NCBI GenBank assembly: GCA_035637095.1
Contig: DASPXX010000232.1
Location: 1,741-65,740, forward strand
Reading direction: 5' to 3'
Origin: Thermoanaerobaculia bacterium
Lineage (GTDB): Bacteria; Acidobacteriota; Thermoanaerobaculia; Multivoradales; UBA5704
Length of the DNA: 64,000 nt
Shown here piece by piece: positions 47,413-55,933 of the stretch (its first letter is position 1; each line of letters begins with the position of its first letter). Below the pieces are notes generated by a model. The model was given only the letters and a program-made list of their open reading frames with translations. It was not told where the DNA came from and searched no databases. Both the position numbers and the translations under genes were made by a program.

Positions 47413-48381
47413 ATGCACGTCATCATCCCTGACGACTATCAGGATGCCGTGCGCGGTCTCGACTGCTTCGCGAAGCTCGCGGACCACGGCCACCGGGTCA
47501 CCGTGTTCAACGACACGGTCAAGGACCTCGACGCGCTCGCCGGGCGGCTCCGCCCGGCCGAAGCCCTGGTCCTCATCCGCGAGCGGACGCGGATCACCGC
47601 TGCGCTGCTCGACCGGCTCCCCCACCTGAAGCTGATCAGCCAGACCGGCAAAGGCGTCGCCCACATCGATCTCGCCGCCTGCACCCGCCACGGCGTCGCC
47701 GTCGCGGCCGGCACCGGATCGCCCTACGCGACGGCGGAGCTCACCTGGGGCCTGGTGCTCGCCGCGATGCGTCACATCCCGCAGGAAGCCGCGCGGCTGC
47801 GCGCCGGACAGTGGCAGACGACGCTCGGCACCGGCCTGCGCGGGCGCACGCTGGGCATCTGGGGATACGGCAAGATCGGCACCCTGGTGGCGGGCTATGG
47901 GCGGGCCTTCGGGATGAACGTGCTGGTCTGGGGACGCGAGGGCTCGCTCTCCCGCGCGAGCGCCGACGATTACTCCGTTGCCGCCGGCAAGGAAGTGCTG
48001 CTGGAGAGATCCGACGTGCTCTCCCTGCACCTCAAGCTGACCGCGGAGACGCGCGGCATCGTCACCGCCGCCGACCTCGGCCGCATGAAGCCCGAGGCGC
48101 TCCTCGTCAACACCAGCCGCGCCGAGCTGATCGCACCCGGAGCCCTGGAAGCCGCCCTGCGCGCCGGACGTCCCGGCTGCGCCGCGGTCGACGTCTACGA
48201 AGAAGAGCCGATCCTCGGCGCAAAGCACCCGCTCCTCGCCCTGGACAACGCGGTCTGCACGCCCCACCTGGGCTATGTGGAGAGGGACAGCTACGAGCTG
48301 TATTTCGACCAGGCCTTCGACCACGTCCTCGCGTTCGCCCACGGGACGCCGATCAATGTGGTGAATTTGGAGGTGGTGTAG
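47413..48381 (+). CDS. D-isomer-specific 2-hydroxyacid dehydrogenase
   Basis: GIWGYGKIGTLVAG (NAD fold), NTSRAELI, DVYEEEP, CTPHLGYV catalytic His region. Confidence 0.9.
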   Translation: MHVIIPDDYQDAVRGLDCFAKLADHGHRVTVFNDTVKDLDALAGRLRPAEALVLIRERTRITAALLDRLPHLKLISQTGKGVAHIDLAACTRHGVAVAAGTGSPYATAELTWGLVLAAMRHIPQEAARLRAGQWQTTLGTGLRGRTLGIWGYGKIGTLVAGYGRAFGMNVLVWGREGSLSRASADDYSVAAGKEVLLERSDVLSLHLKLTAETRGIVTAADLGRMKPEALLVNTSRAELIAPGALEAALRAGRPGCAAVDVYEEEPILGAKHPLLALDNAVCTPHLGYVERDSYELYFDQAFDHVLAFAHGTPINVVNLEVV

Positions 48382-51300
48382 GAGCCGTCTCCGCCTGATC
48401 CTTCGCAGGGACGCGGTCCTGGAGGCTGATCGAATATTTGAGCAGCGAAGCCAGCTCAGAGCCAGCCATCTGGATGGCGTGGTTGAAGTGGATCTGGCGG
48501 TCGTTGAAGTCGTCGTACAGGTAGTAGAGACCGCAGATATTCTCGTAATAGGCCGGCCGAAGGGTGAACATCTCCTCGCTGATGTTCAGGTCTCTTTGAG
48601 CCGCCCGGCGAATCTTCGGGATTTGGTCCTGAATCTCCGGCTTAAAAGGACCTACTTCATGGAAGCAGTACCAGTACGCCAGGCCGTACGACATTCCCGA
48701 CGAGAAGGGAGAGAAATACATCGGTGCATCCATGTGTGCCTGCAGCTCCATCAGCTCCGAGGCCCAGGTGACCACATTTCTAGAGTTGCCGGGTCGCATC
48801 ACGGCGTCCTGGATGAGCACGGTCAATCCGTTCAACCGGTTGATCATCGGAAAGCTGTAGCGGGAAATCGCTTCCGTGAGGTCGTGCCGCAGAGATTCGT
48901 CAATGGATTCTCCTCCCGATGGCCTGCCGGTCCACTCGAACCGGATCGCCTCCAGGTCGTCGATCTCCAAATCGAGATGATAGGCCGCGAGCCCCAGAGA
49001 GCAGACGATGTTCAGAGCAAACGAAGTGATGAGGTTGGGAATGGGAGCTCCTTTCCCTTCCAAGCTCCCATCGCTCCGGCTCCGGTGATAGAGCTGGCCC
49101 GCCTTGCGAAGGCAGTAGACAGAGATAGCTTTCAGATAGCGCCAGTAACCACGCCGAGCAGCGACCTTCTCAGGGCTCCCCAGAGGTTTCAGAATTTTCT
49201 TTAAGTCGTTGAGCTTTTCATCCTCCGTCGTACCTGGTTCATCAATGGCCCAGGTGAAGAGTTGACGAACCGAGAGCTCCCACCAGAAATAGAGCGCGAC
49301 GGTCTCGCCGACCTTGAGGAGCTCGCGTGCTGCGTTCTCGTAAAAACCGCCCCGCTCGATGTACTTGGCTCCCACCATGATGAAGCTCAGAGCCATGGTG
49401 AGGCGGGTATCGTCCGCATGCGTTGTGGATTCATCAAAATTCAGCAGCCGCCGATCCGGGAATTGATGCTGCGGTTTTTTGTCCGCCCGCCAGATCCCCA
49501 GCCAGCCATCCACGGTGCCGCCCGAAACCGGATGAATGCCATCGATAGGAATTTCCAATCCCTCGCCACCGTGCTCCACCGGAGTGGAAAATGCCTCGAG
49601 CCAACAGGTACAACGATCGACAAGCTCCCGCTTGAATTCAACCGGATCTTTGGTTTCCCTGACCGGGCCGACCAGCTCCTTCAAATTCGATAGCCGGTAA
49701 AGGAGGCCATGGAACGAGACCCTCGCGATCATCGCCTCTGCCAGATCATTGAATGCCTCGCCGGCCGCGCTGTAGACAAAGGAGGGCCATGCCCCAGGCG
49801 AAAATGTTGGCCATCGCTCATCGAAGGCTGTCCAGACGTTCAGCTGGTTCTTCGAGCTCTCCCTCCGCAACGCAATGTAACGCCGAAGCTCATGCAATGC
49901 CATGCAGTAGTGATAGTGAGCTTGGTGGAGATATCCCTCCTGCCCCTTCCACGGTGGCCTGAGCTCCCTTTTCTGGCTGCCGGACCGCTTCTCTGCTCCG
50001 CCCTCCTTCGGCTGCCGAACAATATCCTCGAGGCGTACCAGCTGCCGCCCCTTCATGAAGAAGAGGTCGCCCGCCTTGTTGTGCAGCTCGGAAATGATCA
50101 GGGAAAAATGGGCGTGCTTGGTATCGGTCGGCCCTTCGGACGGTTGGAGGATCATGTCGCGGACACAGGGCAGGATGCGGCGCAGGTCCCAGAGCTCCTT
50201 CTCCACGAATGCGGCGCTTGTGTCAACCGCACCCGCCAGCTTTTCTCCGACCCAGGCCTCGGCAAACGCCGGTTGGAAGAGGAGAGTCAGGTGCTTGATC
50301 TCCTGCAGCCGCTCGTCGGGCGAGGTGAAGATGTCCTTGCTGATGCCGAGGGTAACCGCGAGCTTTCTGCCCCTGTTGTCGAGCATCGAAAGCAGGAGTG
50401 AACGGGCCAACGTATGGGCATTCCTGTATTCGGCCTCGGCACGCTCGTAGTTCCGCGACAGCTCGAACGTCATTCCGATCTGCAGCATCAGACGGAGGCG
50501 GGTAATTCCCCAGGTCATGTACAGCCGCGCGTTCCGCTGGCCTGCAGGCAGGGCCCCCACGATCTCGAGGACGGGAGATTGCTCCTCGAACATCTCACCG
50601 CCGCCGATCACTTCCCGCAGATCAGCGTCGAGGAGGGAGATCGCCTTGCGGTAGTAGAGCCTCGCGGTCTCGTACTCCTGATCGAATTCGTAGAGCTCGC
50701 CGAGACCCGCCATCAAGTCGTGGATCTCCTTTTCCCTCCCTTCCTTGAGCCGCTCGATCGCCGACTCATAGACCGATTTGAGCGCAAGCGACTCATCGAG
50801 GGTGAAATTGAACGCCGCCATCTCCTCCTGCGACTCGCGCGAGATATACTCGATCTCGCTCGACACCTCGCTCCGGAAGCGGAAGTCGTACATACCGTTC
50901 CGGATCGGATGCAGAAGGCGCGATGTCCAGTCCGTGACCAGCTTCTCCAGGATATCCCGCATGTTCGGCGGCCGGTGAATGTCGACGAACTCGTCGACAC
51001 GCTCCAGGTTGCTCCAGGAGAACGCCCGCCGGTGGAACTTGAACAGGAAGTCCGCCAGGAACAAGACAGACATGGCCAGCTTGTCATCCTGTTCCAGGAC
51101 GTGTGGCTTGAACAACACAAAGGTCAAATGCCTGTAGGCTCGGGCGAGGAGCTGGATGCGGAAGCGAGCCACATCGTCAAAGACCAGGATGTGGTCACAA
51201 GGGAAGTCGCGCTCCCGAATTCCTGGATCCAGGATGACGCGACCGACCGGCCTCACAAAGCTCGCGAGAAGCTCCTTGAGCCTCTTCGGATTCCCCTTGC

Positions 51301-54300
51301 TGCGATAGGCCAGAAAATGAATGAAGTCCTCAAGGATTTCTTGTTGCTGAGGTGAGGCAAGGCCGCTCCCTACATCGAAGATCTGAAGATTGTAGGCTCC
51401 ACTCGGAGCCGTGTCGGGTTTGACGAAAGCCTCATCCGCATAGCTCTCGACGCTCAAGGAGAACGAAGGGAGCCTCCGCTTCTTCAAAGAAGCTTGATAG
51501 AGGTCTCTCGCCCGTTGGGTCTGCACCTGGATGTACGACTTGATCGCCTTGTCCATGCTGCCACCACCCTGCCGGCTCACGTCGTCGGTGAGTAGGGAGG
51601 GCAGGTACACCTCAGCGTTGAAGATGTTGGTGAGCAGGGGCTGGCGAGCTGTTTGATCAGCCAACCACTCGTCGTGCAGGTTTCTGCCACCCACGAAGAT
51701 AAAGCGGGCCGGAGCCGACGAAAGGAGGTTCTTCATGTCGGCCAGCAGCCCGTGAAGCTCCGCCGACCTCCTGCGCTCTGCGTGGAGGATCTCCTTCTCC
51801 TGTGTGTTGCCGCTCGAGCCGATGTCGGCTCCTGGCTCGACGCGGCCCTCCAGCTTGTCGAGCTCGTCGAACACGAAGGTGATCTCCGGCGTCGGAAGGC
51901 TGATCAGCTGGTTCTTCCCGGCGGGCAGAACGATCGTTGAGCTTCTGATCTCGCCGAGAATCTGAAGGAACGCGAACTCCACGGTCCTTGGATCCACGGG
52001 CTCCTGTTGCACGTGGCGCACCCGCTCGTCGATGAGAAAGCCACGCAACCAGTTCGACGGCTGCGGCACTCCCGTCGTCGAGGTGAGACTGGTCGTGGCC
52101 GAGAGCTGGTCGATGACCTCGTCGATCTTGTTCAGGTTCTCCCGGTAAGGGAAGATCGGGAGTCGCCGTAGAGTGAGCTTCCCGATGAAGACGAAGAGGA
52201 AGAACAAGAGCACGTGATAGACGCGGACATGGACTCCACGCTCGAAAAGATAGGGCTGCGCGTCGGGCCAGTCTGCTTCCTGGTATGGGAACAGATAGAA
52301 AAGGAGACGCACCTCCTTCCTCTCGTAGTAGGAACTGACCATGGACGTGGCCAAATTGTAGGTGAGGATGTGAAAGATCTCGTCTCCCCACGGCAGCTTG
52401 CAGATCAAATTGACGGCACCTGGACCCAGCTGGCGACCTTCAAAGGGTAAACAGATCTTCTTGTATCCACTCATCCTCGTGTCGTCGAGCTTTGCCCTAT
52501 CCAGCGAGCTCGCATTGGGCATGGCAAACCAGCGCTCTCCGACGATGTTGACCAGGAAGAGAATGATCAACAAACCCAGAAGGCGGCCCAGATTGGCCAC
52601 TGCACTGTTCCAGGCCAGAAAGACCTTCTCGTATCTCGCACGCAGGCTCACCAGCATCGCCTGAATGACGCGACGGTGATCGAGGCGCTCGAACCCCAGG
52701 TTGACCGAGCTGACGATGACAGGAAGCCAGGCGCGATACACGATCCAGGGAAATGTGACCTCTGCCAGGTCCCTCAGGATGCTCTGGTGTTCCGCGAGCC
52801 CCCGGTCCGACCTGAACTTCCCCAGGTCGATGGCTCCATCCGCCCGCGGCCGCAGAAAGGGCCGCACGACCCACTCATACTCGACGAAAGAAAGGACCAG
52901 GATGGAGAGGAAGACACACAGAGTCCAGAAGATTTCCTCGCGCACGCCATGGAAGACGCTAAAGCCCTTCAGATGATTCTCGCTATTTTTTTCGTCGACC
53001 ACGAGCCCGGTCATCTGATTCAGATTGACCGCCGGGCGAAGGAACTGGACCGGCTGCCTTGGACCGGGCCAGAGCTCGTCGATCGGCTGCAAGACGTTGA
53101 CCATTGACTTGATCAGGCGTGTATAGGTCTTGTCGACTTCCAGCTTCTCTCGGAGCTCCTTCTCTGGCCCGGACGGCGAAACTGCAATCTGCTCTACAAT
53201 TTGATGGATGTTCACCTCGCTCAGCTTTGCAACGACCGGGTGAATCAGTTGCAGAGAGATCGTGATGGCAAGAATTGCCTTGAACCAAAGGACAAGAAGG
53301 GGTTGTGGAGAGAAGTGCACGCTCCCCCCCGTTTTCCTGTCCTTGGAAAACGTCAGAAACAGTCCGGCAGAAATGACCATGGCGACCAAAGCTAAGATCA
53401 TCGCCCAGACGATTCCCAGATAAACGATCAACCCCAGGCCGGCTAAAATGAACAGGAGCCCAGGCAAGGAATAAGATTGCGCAGCGATGTCATGGATCTG
53501 CCCAGAGATCTTGTTGGGCCTCAAGAGAAGCACATAACTTCCTCGCAGAATGCAGCCCATCCCGAGCAAGACACAGGCGAGGCCAATATTTCCGAAGCTC
53601 TCCTTGAGCGGAGGGAACGAATAGATCTTGAAGACGGTGAACGGCATAAAAACGACATAGACCACCAAGAGAGACAAGAAGGCTGAGTTGATCCCACTCA
53701 ACCGGCCGAACTTCCACTGCTCGTCCCCTGGGCGGAAGGAAGTGCACTGTCCCCACAGGTACATCGCACAGATGGCGCAGAGAAACCGGCTCATGCCTAG
53801 AGCGGGTGCACCAAAAGGCCCGGTGAACCAGATAATCAAGGCATAGATCGAAAGACCCAGAAACGAGATGAGTGAACCAGGCCGTTGGCCCCTTTTGTTT
53901 TTGGCGCGAGAGATGAGATCCAGCACCTCACGAGCGAAGAGCGCCGGGTACAGGCAGAGGAAGAAGAGAGGAGCAATGACGAACCCGACAAGGAGGTTGT
54001 GCCGGGTGCCCTTTCCCTCCTGAAGGCCGAGGCTGATGAACTCCCCGAACTCCGAGACCAGCAGAGCCAGCAAAAGAAACAAGACGACCAGAGCGAGGAC
54101 TGCAATGCGGTCCCAGAACGTGGCCCGGCCTACATTGCTCCGCAGGAACCGCTCGAAGACCTCTCGCTTGTACTCGTCCAGGCAGTACCGGACGAAATTG
54201 GTTTTTCCGACGCCGCGGTGCCCGGTGACCAGATAGGCGCCCCGGCCTCCCGTCCGCAGGAGCTGGTCGGTGAAATAGGCCCTCTCCCCCTCCCGGCCAA

Positions 54301-54403
54301 TGAGGACCTCGTCCGCCGGCGCCTCGACCTCGCCGCGGGCTTGATACCGCCCAAACGGAGCCGCAAGGACCTTCCTGGAGAAGAATCGATCTTTCACGGG
54401 CAC
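48353..54403 (-). CDS. Giant (2016 aa) membrane-embedded P-loop NTPase with split Walker motifs (KAP-like topology) and a long TPR-like helical C-terminal region
   Basis: Walker A GHRGVGKT (aa 61-68, nt 54200-54223). About 11-12 hydrophobic TM-like segments between aa ~100 and ~745. Walker B-like ITFVFDELDKL (aa ~841-851, nt ~51857-51877) then RFIFVGGRNL. C-terminal ~1100 aa helical repeats (YETARLYYRKAISLL, YERAEAEYRNAHTLA). Visibly lower GC than neighbours. Confidence 0.9.
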   Translation of the reverse strand: MPVKDRFFSRKVLAAPFGRYQARGEVEAPADEVLIGREGERAYFTDQLLRTGGRGAYLVTGHRGVGKTNFVRYCLDEYKREVFERFLRSNVGRATFWDRIAVLALVVLFLLLALLVSEFGEFISLGLQEGKGTRHNLLVGFVIAPLFFLCLYPALFAREVLDLISRAKNKRGQRPGSLISFLGLSIYALIIWFTGPFGAPALGMSRFLCAICAMYLWGQCTSFRPGDEQWKFGRLSGINSAFLSLLVVYVVFMPFTVFKIYSFPPLKESFGNIGLACVLLGMGCILRGSYVLLLRPNKISGQIHDIAAQSYSLPGLLFILAGLGLIVYLGIVWAMILALVAMVISAGLFLTFSKDRKTGGSVHFSPQPLLVLWFKAILAITISLQLIHPVVAKLSEVNIHQIVEQIAVSPSGPEKELREKLEVDKTYTRLIKSMVNVLQPIDELWPGPRQPVQFLRPAVNLNQMTGLVVDEKNSENHLKGFSVFHGVREEIFWTLCVFLSILVLSFVEYEWVVRPFLRPRADGAIDLGKFRSDRGLAEHQSILRDLAEVTFPWIVYRAWLPVIVSSVNLGFERLDHRRVIQAMLVSLRARYEKVFLAWNSAVANLGRLLGLLIILFLVNIVGERWFAMPNASSLDRAKLDDTRMSGYKKICLPFEGRQLGPGAVNLICKLPWGDEIFHILTYNLATSMVSSYYERKEVRLLFYLFPYQEADWPDAQPYLFERGVHVRVYHVLLFFLFVFIGKLTLRRLPIFPYRENLNKIDEVIDQLSATTSLTSTTGVPQPSNWLRGFLIDERVRHVQQEPVDPRTVEFAFLQILGEIRSSTIVLPAGKNQLISLPTPEITFVFDELDKLEGRVEPGADIGSSGNTQEKEILHAERRRSAELHGLLADMKNLLSSAPARFIFVGGRNLHDEWLADQTARQPLLTNIFNAEVYLPSLLTDDVSRQGGGSMDKAIKSYIQVQTQRARDLYQASLKKRRLPSFSLSVESYADEAFVKPDTAPSGAYNLQIFDVGSGLASPQQQEILEDFIHFLAYRSKGNPKRLKELLASFVRPVGRVILDPGIRERDFPCDHILVFDDVARFRIQLLARAYRHLTFVLFKPHVLEQDDKLAMSVLFLADFLFKFHRRAFSWSNLERVDEFVDIHRPPNMRDILEKLVTDWTSRLLHPIRNGMYDFRFRSEVSSEIEYISRESQEEMAAFNFTLDESLALKSVYESAIERLKEGREKEIHDLMAGLGELYEFDQEYETARLYYRKAISLLDADLREVIGGGEMFEEQSPVLEIVGALPAGQRNARLYMTWGITRLRLMLQIGMTFELSRNYERAEAEYRNAHTLARSLLLSMLDNRGRKLAVTLGISKDIFTSPDERLQEIKHLTLLFQPAFAEAWVGEKLAGAVDTSAAFVEKELWDLRRILPCVRDMILQPSEGPTDTKHAHFSLIISELHNKAGDLFFMKGRQLVRLEDIVRQPKEGGAEKRSGSQKRELRPPWKGQEGYLHQAHYHYCMALHELRRYIALRRESSKNQLNVWTAFDERWPTFSPGAWPSFVYSAAGEAFNDLAEAMIARVSFHGLLYRLSNLKELVGPVRETKDPVEFKRELVDRCTCWLEAFSTPVEHGGEGLEIPIDGIHPVSGGTVDGWLGIWRADKKPQHQFPDRRLLNFDESTTHADDTRLTMALSFIMVGAKYIERGGFYENAARELLKVGETVALYFWWELSVRQLFTWAIDEPGTTEDEKLNDLKKILKPLGSPEKVAARRGYWRYLKAISVYCLRKAGQLYHRSRSDGSLEGKGAPIPNLITSFALNIVCSLGLAAYHLDLEIDDLEAIRFEWTGRPSGGESIDESLRHDLTEAISRYSFPMINRLNGLTVLIQDAVMRPGNSRNVVTWASELMELQAHMDAPMYFSPFSSGMSYGLAYWYCFHEVGPFKPEIQDQIPKIRRAAQRDLNISEEMFTLRPAYYENICGLYYLYDDFNDRQIHFNHAIQMAGSELASLLKYSISLQDRVPAKDQAETAPTPPPNSPH

Positions 54404-54442
54404 ACTCAGGGATCTGTTCTTGTTACGAGACCGCGAGTGGAT

Positions 54443-54470
54443 ACTATAAGAGCCTGGGGGCTTTCGTCAA
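54443..54470 (-). promoter_or_regulatory. Sigma-70-like promoter for the giant gene: TTGACG - 16 nt - TATAGT
   Basis: Minus-strand reading of 54465-54470 (TTGACG) and 54443-54448 (TATAGT), about 40 nt upstream of GTG 54403. Confidence 0.4.
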
Positions 54471-54486
54471 CACGTAGCGGAGGAGG

Positions 54487-54708
54487 TCAGACTGCTCCAT
54501 GCGAGATCCTCCTGGAGGTCTCCCGCTGAATCTGCTCCTCGTCCCAATCCGGATGCTCGGACGCGAGATGGCTCGCGATCATCCGCCGGGCGGAGGCGAA
54601 CATGTCGCTCGCGATCTTGAGGCGCTCGGCGCCGGTCTTCGCCCGGAGAATGCGGGCCATGTCGGCATCCACCAACTCGATCCTGAGATCGTCCAACGAG
54701 CGCGGCAT
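54487..54708 (-). CDS. Small hypothetical protein (73 aa) upstream of and co-oriented with the giant gene
   Basis: MPRSLDDLRIELVDADMARILRAKTGAERLKIASDMFASARRMIASHL... all-helical. Only the last 73 codons of track ORF 54487..55215 look coding. Confidence 0.45.
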   Translation of the reverse strand: MPRSLDDLRIELVDADMARILRAKTGAERLKIASDMFASARRMIASHLASEHPDWDEEQIQRETSRRISHGAV

Positions 54709-54722
54709 ACGGATATCGTAGG

Positions 54723-55512
54723 CTACCGCCCCGCCTTCCGCCACACATACCGCGCCGCCGCCACGTCCTCGACGGCCAGGCCCAGCGATTCGAAGAGGGT
54801 GATCTCTTCCGGCGATTGCCGGCCGGGGAGGCGGCCGATCAGCACGTCGCCGAGCTCTCCGGCGATGTGGTCCTCCCCAAGCTCCCCGGCGCGCATCGGG
54901 ATGAGCAGCTCTCCCGCCTCGGCCAGGGCGGATTCGCGGCGGTCGATGAAGACGCGGGCGCGGCGCACGGCCTCGGTGTCGAGCTCGCGGGTGGCCGGCG
55001 TGCAGGCTCCCGCGGCGCTGATGTGCGCTCCCGGTCTGGCCACCCGCCTGCTGGCGCGGGAGGATGCGGGCGACCTGGCCCTGCTCGGCTCGGGCGTCCA
55101 GGCGCGCTCCCATCTCGCCGCGATGAAGGAGGTCCGGCCCTTGCGCCGCGTCCGCGTCTGGAGCCGCCACCCCGAGAACGCCCGCCGCTTCGCCGCCGAG
55201 GAATCGGAACGCCATGGCCTATCTATCGAGGCCACTGCCACGGCCCGGGAGGCGGTCGAGGGGGCGGACCTCGTCTGCACGGCCACCTCGGCGCGCGAGC
55301 CGGTCCTCGAAGGCGCCTGGCTCGCCAGCGCCTCCGTCGCCGTCCCACAGGGCTCCCGGCATGACGCCCAGGAGGCCGCGGATTAAGGTGATCACCGTCT
55401 TTCCGGGCAACCGGGCTCCGTTCTCCTCTTCGAGGGAGGCATGGGGAAGCCGCTGGCGAGCCTCGACGCCGCCGCGGTCACCGAGACCCGGACCGCGGCG
55501 GTGAGCGTCGCG
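54723..55512. pseudogene. Scrambled ornithine cyclodeaminase/mu-crystallin gene fragments (C-terminal third inverted, middle third, frameshifted N-terminal piece)
   Basis: Minus 55034..54723 reads PGAHISAAGACTPATRELD...ITLFESLGLAVEDVAAARYV. Plus 55036..55323 reads LATRLLAREDAGDLALLGSGVQARSHL...ADLVCTATSAREPVLEGAWL. Plus ~55382..55512 reads KVITVFPGN (frameshift) GKPLASLDAAAVTETRTAAVSVA. Order and orientation are incompatible with one intact gene. Confidence 0.8.
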
Positions 55513-55568
55513 AGAGGGGAAGTCGAAGTCCAGGCTCTCCACCGCGAGGGATTTGACGGCGGCCGGTG

Positions 55569-55869
55569 CTGCACGTCATCATTCCTGACGACTATTAAGA
55601 TGCCGTGCGCGGTCTCGACTGCTTTGCGAAGCTCGCGGGCCACCAGGTCACCATCTTCAACGACACGGTCAAGGACCTCGATGCGCTCGCGCAGCGGCTC
55701 TACCCTGCCGAGGCACCCGCTCCTCGCCCTGGACAACGCGGTCTGCACGCCGCACCTGGGCTATGTCGAGAAAGACAGCTACGAGCTCTATTTCGACCAG
55801 GCCTTCGACCAGGTCCTCGCGTTCGCCCACGGGACGCCGATCAATGTGGTGAATTTGGAGGTGGTGTAG
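55569..55869 (+). pseudogene. Decayed paralog of the 2-hydroxyacid dehydrogenase gene (start lost, in-frame TAA, ~660-bp internal deletion)
   Basis: CTG replaces ATG. gactattaagat versus gactatcaggat in the intact copy. The 5' ~140 bp is joined directly to the last ~158 bp (HPLLALDNAVCTPHLGYVEKDSYELYFDQAFDQVLAFAHGTPINVVNLEVV*). Confidence 0.85.
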
Positions 55870-55933
55870 GGGTGAGTGAGGGATGGGCGGGCGGAGGCCC
55901 CCGCTACGAGGACCTTGACAGGACTGTGCCCCC

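Noticed and set aside
55441-55869. 142-aa plus-strand ORF as a functional gene
   Set aside because: It is a chimera. A cyclodeaminase N-terminal fragment is read through junk into the out-of-frame 5' remnant and then the in-frame 3' remnant of the dehydrogenase pseudogene.
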